This document shows positions 1-14,877 of a DNA stretch of 64,000 nucleotides, one piece after another. Position 1 is the first letter of the stretch, and every line of letters begins with the position of its first letter. The stretch covers positions 43,340 through 107,339 of the forward strand of contig NIVC01003280.1 in NCBI GenBank assembly GCA_002269645.1. Reading direction: 5' to 3'. Under the pieces are notes generated by a model. That model saw only the letters and a program-made list of their open reading frames with translations, made no database searches and was not told where the DNA came from. A program made the translations under genes and the position numbers. The DNA is from Macrostomum lignano. Lineage: Eukaryota.

Positions 1-181
1 TCATAGGTAAATCAGGTGGGGGTTGCGCATGTATGCTATTGCTGCATTCTGTAAACATTCTGTCGTTATAGAAACGATTCATGCTTATACGCCCGTATAC
101 GAGTATAATTAATAAGCTGGGCCCAGAAAGAAATAAAAATTAATTAATCGCAAATTTCCGCTGTCTATTGATAAAATTCAG

Positions 182-2026
<1,845 letters not shown>

Positions 2027-2180
2027 ATGCCCTTAATGATGAGAGCGGAACAGAAAATACTGATCAAGGAGGCGAACGGAGTTGAAAAGTAAATTACAAA
2101 GAATAAAAATATCTGAGGAGACACGGACTTGAGACTGAGAGAGGAAAGACGACAGCGACAGAAGACGCGTATGCAGACAA

Positions 2181-3566
2181 GGATGAGTGAGGCAGAAGCG
2201 GACACAAAGCGAGTGGACACAAACGGGCAAAGAGTGAGGCAGAAGCGGACACAAGCGGTCAAGGAGTGAGGCAGAAGCGGACACAAACGGGCAAGGAGTG
2301 AGGCAGAAGCGGACACAAACGGTCAAGGAGTGAGGCACAAGCGGACACAAACGGGCAAGGAAGAGTGAGGCAGAAGCGGACACAAACGGGCAAGGACGAG
2401 TGAGGCAGAAGCGGACACAAACGGTCAAGGAGTGAGGCAGAAGCGGACACAAACGGGCAAGGAAGAGTGAGGCAGAAGCGGACACAAGCGGTCAAGGAGT
2501 GAGGCAGAAGCGGACACAAACGGGCAAGGAGTGAGGCAGAAGCGGACACAAACGGTCAAGGAGTGAGGCACAAGCGGACACAAACGGGCAAGGAGTGAGG
2601 CACAAGCGGACACAAACGGGCAAGGAGTGAGGCAGAAGCGGACACAAACGGTCAAGGAGTGAGGCAGAAGCGGACACAAACGGGCAAGGAGTGAGGCACA
2701 AGCGGACACAAACGGGCAAGGAGTGAGGCACAAGCGGACACAAACGGGCAAGGAGTGAGGCAGAAGCGGACACAAACGGTCAAGGAGTGAGGCACAAGCG
2801 GACACAAACGGGCAAGGAAGAGTGAGGCAGAAGCGGACACAAACGGGCAAGGACGAGTGAGGCAGAAGCGGACACAAACGGTCAAGGAGTGAGGCAGAAT
2901 CGGACACAAACGGGCAAGGAAGAGTGAGGCAGAAGCGGACACAAACGGGCAAGGAGTGAGGCACAAGCGGACACAAACGGGCAAGGAGTGAGGCACAAGC
3001 GGACACAAACGGGCAAGGAGTGAGGCAGAAGCGGACACAAACGGTCAAGGAGTGAGGCACAAGCGGACACAAACGGGCAAGGAAGAGTGAGGCAGAAGCG
3101 GACACAAACGGTCAAGGAGTGAGGCACAAGCGGACACAAACGGGCAAGGAAGAGTGAGGCAGAAGCGGACACAAACGGGCAAGGAAAAGTGAGGCAGAAG
3201 CGGACACAAACGGGCAAGGAAGAGTGAGGCAGAAGCGGACACAAACGGGCAAGGAAGAGTGAGGCAGAAGCGGACACAAACGGTCAAGGAGTGAGGCAGA
3301 AGCGGACACAAACGGTCAAGGAGTGAGGCAGAAGCGGACACAAACGGTCAAGGAGTGAGGCAGAAGCGGACACAAACGGTCAAGGAGTGAGGCAGAAGCG
3401 GACACAAACGGTCAAGGAGTGAGGCAGAAGCGGACACAAACGGTCAAGGAGTGAGGCAGAAGCGGACACAAACGGTCAAGGAGTGAGGCAGAAGCGGACA
3501 CAAACGGTCAAGGAGTGAGGCAGAAGCGGACACAAACGGTCAAGGAGTGAGGCAGAAGCGGACACA
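2181..3566. repeat. 31-35-bp minisatellite
   Basis: Monomer gagtgaggcagaagcggacacaaacgg(t/g)caag with gaa/gac insertion variants; lies downstream of the ZC3H AATAAA. Confidence 0.97.
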
Positions 3567-4004
3567 ACACATCGAAATTTTCAAAGAAATCGACACTCAA
3601 ATCGGCAAAAATTCCGCCACGGAGCAGCGGAGCATGGCAAAAAAATAACAAAGAACACTTGCTCTCCTACCGAAAATATTTTAATTGTATTGTTTTATAT
3701 CAAACCAAATATATATTATACACTTAACGAATGCTGTGATGTAAAAAAACAAAATACTTTTATATTTTTTATTTAAAGTTAAAAAGAACGTTACGGCGAC
3801 AGTTCTCTATTTATGACAGTATAAATGAGTCAAATGACAGCTAGTGTGAGTGACAGCTATAATGTCCGTGTATTGATAGCATCGCTAAAATAACGTGCAA
3901 GCCCATAAAGGTGTAAGACGTAATCATCATTCATACGTTAGCTTTTAGTTATGTTTAATAGCTGTCTACGACAGGCGATTGAATAAGGAGAAAAGACTGA
4001 GAAA

Positions 4005-4820
4005 CATGAGGGAGAGGCTCTGAGACATGACGGGAGACTCTGAGACATGACGGGAGACTCTGAGACATGACGGGAGACTCTGAGACATGACGGGAGACTC
4101 TGAGACATGACGGGAAACTCTGAGACATGACGGGAGACTCTGAGACATGACGAGAAACTCTGAGACATGACGGGAGACTCTGAGACATGACGGGAGACTC
4201 TAAGACATGACGGGAGACTCTGAGACATGACGGGAGACTCTGAGACATGACGGGAGACTCTAAGACATGACGGGAGACTCTGAGACATGACGGGAGACTC
4301 TAAGACATGACGGGAGACTCTGAGACATGACGTGAGACTCTGAGACATGACGGGAGACTCTGAGACATGACGGGAGACTCTGAGACATGACGGGAGACTC
4401 TGAGACATGACGTGAGACTCTGAGACATGACGGGAAACTCTGAGACATGACGGGAAACTCTGAGACATGACAGGAGACTCTGAGACATGACGGGAGACTC
4501 TGAGACATGACGGGAGATTCTGAGACATGACGGGAAACTCTGAGACATGACGGGAGACTCTGAGACATGAGGAAGAGACGCTGAGACATGAGGAAGAGAC
4601 GCTGAGACATGAGAAAGAGACTCTGAGGCATGAGGAAGAGACGCTGAGACATGAGAAAGAGACTCTGAGACATGAGAAAGAGACTCTGAGACATGAGGAA
4701 GAGATTCTGAGACATGAGGAAGAGACGCTGAGACATAAGAAAGAGATTCTGAGACATGAGGAAGAGACGCTGAGACATGAGAAAGAGACTCTGAGACATG
4801 AGAAAGAGATTCTGAGAAAT
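4005..4820. repeat. Compound minisatellite: 20-bp monomer switching to a 21-bp monomer
   Basis: gggagactctgagacatgac (to ~4568), then gag(g/a)aagaga(cg/ct)ctgagacat (4569-4820). Confidence 0.95.
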
Positions 4821-5289
4821 GAGGGAGATTTTGAGACAATACCGAGAGAGGAGCAACACAATAAACAACAAATATAGGTTTTCAATTAAATATTTCACAA
4901 AGGCAAGCGACTATTCGTAATGTATAAGACTGTTTGAAAAAACACATAAATAAATACAAGTCCCGTATCAACAAACAAACAAAGCAAAGTTGAACAAAAA
5001 TTAAGAGATTGTTTACGAAGAGATCTTCAATAAGATAGCCAGAGAATCAAGATGATATGAACTCTTAGTTATCTGCTATACTTGAGATGGCTGCAACAAC
5101 GTAAATACAAATTTCATGTCACTGCAAACAAAGTACAAACGGAAAATGGTTTCTTTTAAGGTGTAAATTTTGCTCTTTTCTTTGGAAATCCGATTGGGAA
5201 ACCATCCTATCTCATCACTTACGCGATTTACCTTCGACTCAAAACCCTAGGTCACATATTCAAGATTTAAGATTCACAACTAACTACCC

Positions 5290-5600
5290 AATCTTTCACA
5301 ACCCTATAATCACCAATTCACAAACCTATATGTATAATCACCTATTCACAAACCTCACATGTAATCACCTATTCACAAACCTATAATCACCAATTCACAA
5401 ACCTATAATCACTAATTCACAAACCTATAATCCCAATTCACAACCCTATAATCACCAATTCACAAACCTATAATCACCTATTCACAAACCTATAATCACT
5501 AATTCACAAACCTATAATCCCAATTCACAACCCTATAATCACCAATTCACAAACCTATAATCCCAATTCACAAACCTATAATCACCTATTTACAAACTTC
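5290..5600. repeat. ~22-bp minisatellite
   Basis: accaattcacaaacctataatc and variants. Confidence 0.9.
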
Positions 5601-5969
5601 TAATATACGATTCACAACCAACTATCCAATCATTCATAACTCGATAATCACTTATTCACAGAGTAGCATACGATTCACACAACAACCTACCTATCTCCAA
5701 TTCGCAACAAAAACACAACAAAAAATCCACACAACAAAAAACAGTTATAATGATATGATAGAAATTGATGAGAGCTATAGGATCAATATAAAAACTTTTG
5801 TTCGCAGAATACCTTACGAGTTGAGTAAAACGATTAATAAAATTTGTTGCCTAATAATAATATGTTATAATTTGAGACAATATCAGAGCAGACGAGGAAT
5901 GAAGCGGCAATATGCCCGCTGAACTGTATAATATGTAGACAGTTAAAGAAGTTGTTACGCTTCGACCCG

Positions 5970-8900
5970 TCAGTGGCTCCCGTTAGCGAGCTTCTCAACG
6001 CAATCCACGGCGGCAAGAACCCAAGCCATGGGGCGGTCCCGCTTTGCCAGCAGTTCGTTGAGCTGCGTTGGAAGGCAATGTGTTGGATACTGTATGCCAT
6101 TCTCTATCCTCTGAATCAGTGACTAGATCTTTAACATTAATTGACTAGATCAGCATGAGCGATGACTAGATAAGCATGAGCAATGACTAGATCAGCATGA
6201 GCAGCATTAGCAATGACTAGATCAGCATGAGCAGCATTAGCAATGACTAGATCAGCATGAGCAATGACTAGATAAGCATGATCAATGACTAGATCAGCAT
6301 GAGAAATGACTAGATCAGCATGAGAAATGACTAGATCAGCATGAGAAATGACTAGATCAGCATGAGAAATGACTAGATCAGCATGATCAATTACTAGATC
6401 AGCATGAGCAATGACCAGATAAGTGTGAGCAGCATGAGCAATGACTAGATAAGCATGAGCAATGACTAGATCAGCATGAACAATGACTAGATCAGCATGA
6501 GCAATGACTAGATCAGCATGATCAATGACTAGATCAGCATGAGCAATGACCAGATCAGCAAGAGAAATGAGCAGATCAGCATGAGCAATGACCAGATCAG
6601 CATGATTAATGACTAGATCAGCATGAGCAATGACTAGATCAGCATGAGCAATGACCAGATCAGCATGAGCAATGACCAGATCAGCATGAGCAATGACCAG
6701 ATCAGCATGAGCAATGACCAGATCAGCATGAGCAATGACCAGATCAGCATGAGCAATGACCAGATCAGCATGAGCAATGACCAGATCAGCATGAGCAATG
6801 ACCAGATCAGCATGAGCAATGACCAGATCAGCATGCCAGTCTTACCTGACCAGACCGGACCACGACTCCGTGAGCGGCGGTCAGCTTGGCCTTAGTGGCG
6901 GCGATGCCATCCGGCATGACACCGCAGCAGGCGTCCTCAAGCAGCGCGGTGCGGTAGCCCAGCTCCTGGGCGTGGGCAGCCGTGGATCCGACGCAGACAT
7001 CTGTGGCCAGGCCGCAGACGATGAGGTCAGAAATTCCCAGTTTGCTCAGTCTGTCGTGCAGGTCCGTCTTCTTCAGCTTGTTGTTGTCCCAGAATGCCGA
7101 GTAGCTGTCTATATCCGGGTCCGTGCCCTTGTACACCTTGGTGTGGTTGCCAGCCAGCTGCAGGAGGGACGAGACGGACAAAACTGTTCCAGGTGGACAC
7201 AATCAGTTCCAAACAGACACAGTCAGTTCCAAACAGACACAATCAGTTCCAAACAGACACAGTCAGTTCCAACACAGACACAGTCAGTTCCAACACAGAC
7301 ACAGTCAGTTCCAACACAGACACAGTCAGTTCCAAACAGACACAGTCAGTTCTAAACAGACACAGTCAGTTCCAAACAGACACAGTCAGTTCCAAACAGA
7401 CACAGTCAGTTCCAAACAGACACAGTCAGTTCCAACACAGACACAGTCAGTTCCAAACAGACACAGTCAGTTCCAAACAGACACAGTCAGTTCCAAACAG
7501 ACACAGTCAGTTCCAAACAGACACAGTCAGTTCCAAACAGACACAGTCAGTTCCAAACAGACACAGTCAGTTCCAAACAGACACAGTCAGTTCCAAACAG
7601 ACACAGTCAGTTCCAAACAGACACAGTCAGTTCCAAACAGACACAGTCAGTTCCAAACAGACACACTTAGGTCTAAACAGACACATTTCCAAACAGACAC
7701 AGTCAGTTCCAAACAGACACAGTCAGTTCCAAACAGACACAGTCAGTTTCAAACAGACACACTTAGGTCTAAACAGACACATTTCCAAACAGACACAGTC
7801 AGTTCCAAACAGACACAGTCAGTTCCAAACAGACACAGTCAGTTCCAAACAGACACAGTCAGTTCCAAACAGACACAGTCAGTTCTAAACAGACACAGTC
7901 AGTTCCAAACAGACACAGTCAGTTCCAAACAGACACAGTCAGTTCCAAACAGACACAGTCAGTTCCAAACAGACACAGTCAGTTCCAAACAGACACAGTC
8001 AGTTCCAAACAGACACAGTCAGTTCCAAACAGACACAGTCAGTTCTAAACAGACACAGTCAGTTCCAAACAGACACAGTCAGTTCCAAACAGACACACTT
8101 AGGTCTAAACAGACACATTTCCAAACAGACACAGTCAGTTCCAAACAGACACAGTCAGATCCAAACAGACACAGTCAGATCCAAACAGACACACTTAGGT
8201 CTAAACAGACACACTTAGGTCTAAACAGACACATTTCCAAACAGACACAGTCAGTTCCAAACAGACACAGTCAGTTCCAAACAGACACAGTCAGTTCCAA
8301 ACAGACACAGTCAGTTCCAAACAGACACAGTCAGTTCCAAACAAACACAGTCAGTTCCAAACAGACACAGTCAGTTACAAACAGACACAGTCAGTTCCAA
8401 ACAGACACAGTCAGTTCCAAACAGACACAGTCAGTTCTAAACAGACACAGTCAGATCCAAACAGACACAGTCAGTTCCAAACAGACACACTTAGGTCTAA
8501 ACAGACACAGTTCCAAAGAGACACAGTTACAGATGGACACAATCAGTTCCAGACGAACATAATCAGTTTCAGACGGACACAAACAGCTCCAGATGGACAC
8601 AAACAGCTCCAGACGGACACAAACAGCTCCAGACGGACACAAAATATGAAATACACCAACCTTAAGCTCCGAGTGCAGTTCAGCGCCTGAAGAATTTTGC
8701 ACGCAATGCCGAGGCCACATTATCTGCTCGATGGGTCCGTAGGCCTTCGTCTCCAGCACCACAACATCGTTGAGGCCCACTTTGGCTGCGTCCTTGATCT
8801 GCAGAGTGGAGGCCGGCCTGGTTTGATGTAACTTTTAGATTAAAACTTTTTGATGCAAGAGAGGGACACTGAGACAAGATAAAGGCGGACACTGAGACAA

Positions 8901-10069
8901 TATAGATAGGGATATTGAGACTAGATAGAGGGACACTGAGACAAGATAGAGACGGATACTGAGACAAGATAAAGGGACACTGAGACAAGATAGAGGGGGA
9001 TACTGAGACAAGATAGAGAGGGACACTGAGACAAGATAGAGAGGGACACTGAGACAAGATAGATAGGGATATTGAGACAAGATAGATAGGGATATTGAGA
9101 CAAGATAGATAGGGATACTGAGACAAGATAAAAATACACTGAGACAAGATAAAAATACACTGAGACAAGATAGTGACGGACACTGAGACAAGAAAGACAT
9201 CTATCAGACTGATAAAAATCCCATTGTTGAGGCGCTCTCCCACCTTAGACTTGTCGCTTAGCTTCCGCTTAGCCAAGTTGTCCAAAAACGAGATGTGATC
9301 AGCTGGGTGCCAGTCGAGGGAATAGATGACTGTCTTGAAGGCGGCAGAGTGCTTGGCTATGACGTCATTGATAACGGGTACAACGTTGGCACCATCCTCT
9401 TTGGCTGGATAGACTTTCAAAGCGAGGCTACCCGTGATGAAGTCGTTCTGCACGTCAACAATCACCATGGCAACTGGGCCGGAGAAAATCACGCTCAGCC
9501 AGGGCAGAGCGCGAGCCGCCATGTCCGAGGGCGACACGAGGCCATCCTGGAGAAGAGGAGCACTTTACTGCAGTCACCTGACCCCACCAATGGAATCAAA
9601 GGGTGTCACCTGACCCCACCAATGGAATCCCAGGGTGTCACCTGACCCCACCAATGGAATCCCAGGGTGTTACCTAACCCCACCAATGAAATCCCAAAGT
9701 GTATCATATGCTAAAAAAATTCTTAGCATTTCAAGACCATACCAACCTTGTCCTTGTCCAAGAAGGCATAGATTTTATCCAGCTCAGCTGTACTCAGTGA
9801 ACCACTGGTTGCAATGGACTCAACCAAATTTTTTACCTCTGCTTTGTCTAATGCATTATCTCTAAAATAGATAAATTTTTTGAGACAATCAGAATAATTT
9901 ATTTAAAACTGAAGTGCAAATTAAACATATATGTTAAACAAAAATCATAACTTACTTGTTTGCATCAAATGTCTGAAAGATCCTTTTTATATCAGCTTCT
10001 GTGATATCCTTGCCAGGATATTGGTTAAAAAACTTGCTATTGCCAAACATTTTGTGCATGAAGTAGTTG
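5970..10069 (-). CDS. Naam: Nicotinamidase (isochorismatase family) with N-terminal EF-hand pair
   Basis: Minus-strand exons at ~10069/10036-9956, 9861-9747, 9546-9244, 8798-8661, 7157-6846 and 6062-5970 (TGA); junctions are AG/GT and phase-compatible, but the 5' start is uncertain. Motifs: EF loops DANKDNALDKAE and DKDKDGLVSPSD; catalytic Asp in VIVDVQNDF; metal ligands in SLDWHP and WPRHC; catalytic Lys in VYKGTDPDIDSYSAF; cis-peptide/catalytic Cys in GLATDVCV; C-terminal helix LNELLAKRDRP. The layout matches Drosophila Naam. Confidence 0.93.
6140..6835. repeat. 21-bp minisatellite in the last nicotinamidase intron
   Basis: gcaatgac(c/t)agatcagcatga; homogeneous next to the donor site and degenerate toward the acceptor. 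Confidence 0.97.
7195..8640. repeat. 20-bp minisatellite in a nicotinamidase intron
   Basis: acagacacagtcagttccaa, interspersed with an acacttaggtctaaacagacacatttcc variant module. Confidence 0.97.
8865..9192. repeat. ~21-24-bp minisatellite in a nicotinamidase intron
   Basis: ga(c/t)actgagacaagataga(g/t)agg variants. Confidence 0.9.
9575..9690. repeat. 32-bp tandem repeat (~3.5 copies) in a nicotinamidase intron
   Basis: gtcacctgaccccaccaatggaatcccagggt. Confidence 0.9.
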
Positions 10070-10361
10070 TAAGATTACACAACATAAGTTAAATCTATAA
10101 AAATAAATAGAAAGTCATGGTAATAGTTACTAAGGCTAATTTCAAATGTTAATATTTAATAAAATTGTAATAGTTGGCTTTATTATAATATATATTGCTT
10201 GTCATTAAATATGAATAAAGGTAAAACCTTATATCCTTGAATTGTCTTTTTGAAAAGCAACTGTTTCAATTTTTTATAAAGACTAGCTATAAGTATAAAG
10301 GCTAATAAATACATAATACTATCAATACTGATATTCATAAACTAGAATACTAATAAAAATT

Positions 10362-10530
10362 CAGTGGCATATATAGGATTTTCTATTGGGGGTGGGGGTT
10401 GCTGACAAACCAGGGCCACAGGGAGTATCGTCTATCTGCACCAACAAGTTTGGACAATAAAGGACCTTTTTGGGGTTCTCTCTGGCTAGTCACCTCTGGC
10501 AAGCCCCCCCGCCCCCTGCATATGCCACTA
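10362..10530. mobile_element. 169-bp MITE, hAT-like
   Basis: Termini cagtggcatat... and ...atatgccacta (reverse complement tagtggcatat). Flanked by an 8-bp near-duplication, taaaaatt (10354-10361) and taaacatt (10531-10538). GC-richer than the AT-rich flanks. Confidence 0.75.
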
Positions 10531-13449
10531 TAAACATTAGAAGTAAACATAGTTGTGACATTGTCACTGGTAATAGATAAAAATTAGTTTTAATTTTCCA
10601 AATCAATGACAATAACTAGTAAACTAAGGGCCTAAATATAGCTGATTTTTTTAAGCTATAGATTAAATTTTATTTCAATAGCATATACTTGTCTTAAGCT
10701 TAGTGCTAAATGACTACCTATTAATATTACTAAAGTTTTAATTTTAAATAAAAAATGAAATGATTAATTAAAATTCATGTAGGGGCCTATATTACTGTGA
10801 TCTCAGCAGACAGAAGTTAAAAAGTTGAAAGCACATGTACTAATGTATTTTTGTCTATGGCTGAAATCAGTGAAATGCTTGTTCGGTCAGGGAGGTTACT
10901 ACACTTAAGTGAGCACAGCGAGCCAAAGAGCTTTGGAGTACAAGTGCCCATGTGATATCCGCACACCCGTCAAGTTTAGGACCTTTGAACCCAACTCATT
11001 AGTCAACAAAATTACAGAAATTGATTGCGTTTGGTTTGGTATCTAACTTGTCGAGTGATAAAAACAGTACACTTACAGCAGTTAAAATTTGCCAAACTAC
11101 AGAGACACATAGGTAAGAAACGCAATCGTTTCTGTCACATGACAAGCTTTTAAAAGATAAATAAAGTAAGTACAAAAAAAATAAAATAAGGTCAGTATTC
11201 TGCAAACCTACATAAAAATCGTTTGTTTTTAGTTAAAATGCAAAGCTTACTAAAAATAGTTTTCGCCTTTGAACACGACAATTGTTTCAGAACCAGAATA
11301 TATATTTCCGATTCTTGAACCAGTATTGGTAGGAAAATTAAACTCATAATCATTCAAATTGTTTTAAGTGTTTCATTAGCTTTTACAAGCAATGGATTTC
11401 TTTCTCGATCAAAATTTTTGATCCTGCAGCTGACAACGGTTCTGGAATTGATTCTTGAATACGGAACATTGAAGATGAAGCACAGTGCTGTTTTCGGAAG
11501 CAGTAATATGAAAACGCTATATTAAGTGATTCTGCGTACGCGGACACAAAATGCTAGCAGTGCAGTTTCTGGACGCAGGGCAATACAATTACATGCTAGA
11601 AAAAATCGGCGAATTTCTATCTTTTTTAATTGATTTAATGCGCGTCTGTAGCTGATCCCGTTGGCCTTTTTCTTACATGTATAGATTTTGTTGAGTTTAT
11701 CGCGAAATTTTTTAGCGAAAACGGACCTCTTATGTTGTAATTTTTCTTTTAGGCCTTGCTGACTTTTACCTAAGTATATAATTATTTTACCTGTTATAAT
11801 TATTTACCTAAGCTATATTTGTCTTATTTTACATAATTCTGCTTGCTCTTTGCGGACTCGGCTTACTTTGTGTCTTATATCGGGCCTTTCCACTAGGCCT
11901 CTTCGGGTTAATTTACTTACTCGCATTTTTGTGTCAATTGGACTGATGACTGACTTCTCGGCCGATCTTCTGCTGGACCTCTAAGGGCCTCCTTTTTTAA
12001 TAACTAATTAATAATAAATAACTAATAAATAATTTCTGACGGGGCAAATGCTAAGTACCCGAGGGTGCTGCGTCAGCAGGCCGCAGTGCCTCGAGCGGGC
12101 GTCGGTGTAGATTGGGTGAGAGAGACCAGAGAGATAAAAGAACTATTTTACCGCAGTGCGCCCTCATCCCGCTCGCTACGTGGGCCCTCTACCCCTAATG
12201 GTGTTCACCAGCTTGGACCTGCCATCCTGCTGGTCCTTGTGAGCGCTCTTTCTTGGTTCGGCCATCGCTCCTTGGTGTCTCCGGTGCTCGAAGTTGCTGT
12301 CGCGCGCTCTGTTGAATTTCCTTGCTGATTCTTGCTCTGAGGTACCCCTATGTAAATGTTCATTCCTAGAGCTTTACGCTAATTTCTGGCGAATTTGCTA
12401 AATCGGAATCTTCTGTTGATAGCCTGCCGGTCCTGAATTCTTACACTAGTTTTCGTGCCTATCTGGCACTGCAATAAATAGTTACGGTAAGCATGCATTT
12501 TTTTGTCCTTTTAAAAAGATTTTTCTCTGTTTTTGTTTGTTTTCTATAATTTCTTTGGTGCTCTTTTACAGCACCTTGTAAATGAGCAAATCAGGGAATT
12601 AAGCTGCACTCATCCTGTCCTTCAGTCCGCGCTCCTGCCTCCGCCGATGAAGTTACTCAGCCATACCGTGCGATCTCGTCAAGTTGAAATTTGTAGATGA
12701 CTCCGAGGTCAGAGGGAACCACTTGTAAGTCTTCTTTTAGGCCTTGCTGACTTTTACCTAAGTCGGTCTCTTATGCACTTCCGTTCTAAATAATTCTTAA
12801 GCCTAAAAGATCTTACAACCGAGATCGTCAGCCGGTTGGCTACAAATTGAGCCTTTAGCACAAAGGACAAAAGTCGCTTGGATTTAAATGAACTGCACAG
12901 GAGTTCTAGCTACCACTTAAGGTTCTTTTAAGGCCCATTTCGGGGCCGAGGCCGTGTCTATTTTATAGATTTTTAGACACACGTCATCCCCCGCCTCTGA
13001 TTAGCAACGGCGGGGTGCCAAAACAGACGCAGCAACATTAGATTAGCGCGTTGCTACGGGGCGACAGAGATAATTTAATATCTGTTAGTTGGTCGCCTCA
13101 GGCGATGGTTAAAGGTCAGTTCAGGGTTCATTATTCGAGTCGATTCGCACGTCAGACCACCCGTGCGTCCCTCGGTGAGTCGTGCTTTCGCTCCCTGGGC
13201 CGATCCACGTACGTCACCGCTGACCTTGGCCTGTTGACCATCGCTCTATCTCGCCCGCCAGTCGGGGTATCTTGCCGTATCGATTCTCCTGGCACCGCGC
13301 CGACTGACTCTGTCTGATGGCACCTCGACCAACTTTGAAGTCATCTCGTTTGGTCTGAAATCTTGGGGGACAGTGACAGTTAAGTTCTTATCATATGTAT
13401 GATTTATTTCGCTTTCTTGTCGTTCTTTTAATTTCTTTTACTTAAGTGT

Positions 13450-14877
13450 CAGGGACAACTTAAACTACCGGGACGCGAAACCAGCCAAATCATGGCGAAA
13501 AACGTTGGGGGCTCGTTCATTCTATGGTCCTATAGCTGAGACACTTTAATTAGATTGGAAAATGAAATTAGAATTGGTGCAGAAATGTCGTGAAAATTTT
13601 TCTTATAAAACCAACAAGTCGTAGTTTAACCCCTGTACAGAGCCGAAATGTGTTTTATTAAAATCCTGAATAATACGCACAAAATGGCGTACAATACTCG
13701 CGACAAGCAGTCATAACAAAGTATAAGGGAAGGCATAACAAAAAGTAAAAACTTAAGGAAAAGTGGTGTGTGTGTAAACGAAAACGTGCATCGGGCCCGG
13801 TTGGAAAAGAAAATATTCTTGTTCGTTTAGTTTCAGAGTTGTAGTTTGATCTGCACGTTCGTGGCATGGCTTTCTCTCAACTACAGGCGCATGATTCTTA
13901 GAGCTCATTGAAAATTATAGAAGCCCCTCAGCAGTCGACTTACTTTAGTATAGGATTTTTATTTTTTTTTTTACTTTATTATAGAATTCATAACTTTGCC
14001 ACTTCATTTCGACATACCCAGTAGAAAGGCAACAGAAAAGTCGATGCGCTTGTCCAGTACAGAAAGAACTGTTAAAAACAAAAAGCTGTGTATTTAAGTC
14101 ACATGAGGAAGTAGACAGTTGCAACAGTGAAATCAGTTATGTCCGCCAAAGTTAATGCTCGTTCGCTGCAACAAGCTACAAATTTCACATTATCTGCTGC
14201 TCATTGATGCACAGGGGCAGAAACCGCATCACATGTCGTTCCCAGGCAAGGCACTTCGCGGCGGAAATTTCCTCTCGTGCAACGTAGCCGCAGCGGAAAA
14301 GCACCATGAGTCTCCACTGCGTTAGGTTGATGCCATCAGGCGGATTGCTAAGTCACTTTCTAAGTCACTTTTAAGTCCGTCACTTTCTCACCCCTGTTCA
14401 TTGCTTCAATGACAAGATGCCTTCTGTCGTTTCCAATGGACGCGTATGCAGCCATTTTTAGGCACACAAGGAAAGTGACTGTTGCCCAAGAAGAGGACAC
14501 GTTCATATAGGCTTTTCATTTCTATGAGAGGTTTGGCCATAGATACTCACCCACTGATATCCCAGCCCCCTCTGGCAGTGTTTGAGTCACTCCGCGCGTC
14601 AAGTCGAAATGATGTGGCAAAGTTATGAATTCAATTGGAAAACAGCGCACTTTATTGCCATAGACTCCATGGCCACTCTGCCAACTTCTATGGACGAAAT
14701 CAAATGACAATTTTATGAAATCAAACGAAAAAACCTATACTATATAGAACGAAGAAGGCGCGTATCACAAAGCAAAACACATTAAATTGTCCACAGCCAT
14801 AGACAAACAAACGAGCCCCCAACTTTTTTCGCCATGATTTGGCTTGTTTCGCGTCCCGGTAGTTTAAGTTGTCCCTG
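13450..14877. mobile_element. 1.43-kb non-autonomous TIR DNA transposon (8-bp TSD; hAT or P superfamily)
   Basis: ~65-bp TIRs starting cagggacaacttaaactaccgggacgcgaaac, with the reverse complement at 14812-14877. Perfect 8-bp TSD ttaagtgt at 13442-13449 and 14878-14885. No intact transposase ORF. Confidence 0.92.

Noticed and set aside
5834-6100. 88-aa ORF as the last nicotinamidase exon
   Set aside because: Wrong frame; the phase-0 acceptor at 6063 gives LNELLAKRDRP...stop at 5970, which matches the family C-terminus.
2033-8562. Many 100-480 aa ORFs on both strands
   Set aside because: They are translations of minisatellites; only the short nicotinamidase exons within them have protein motifs and splice sites.
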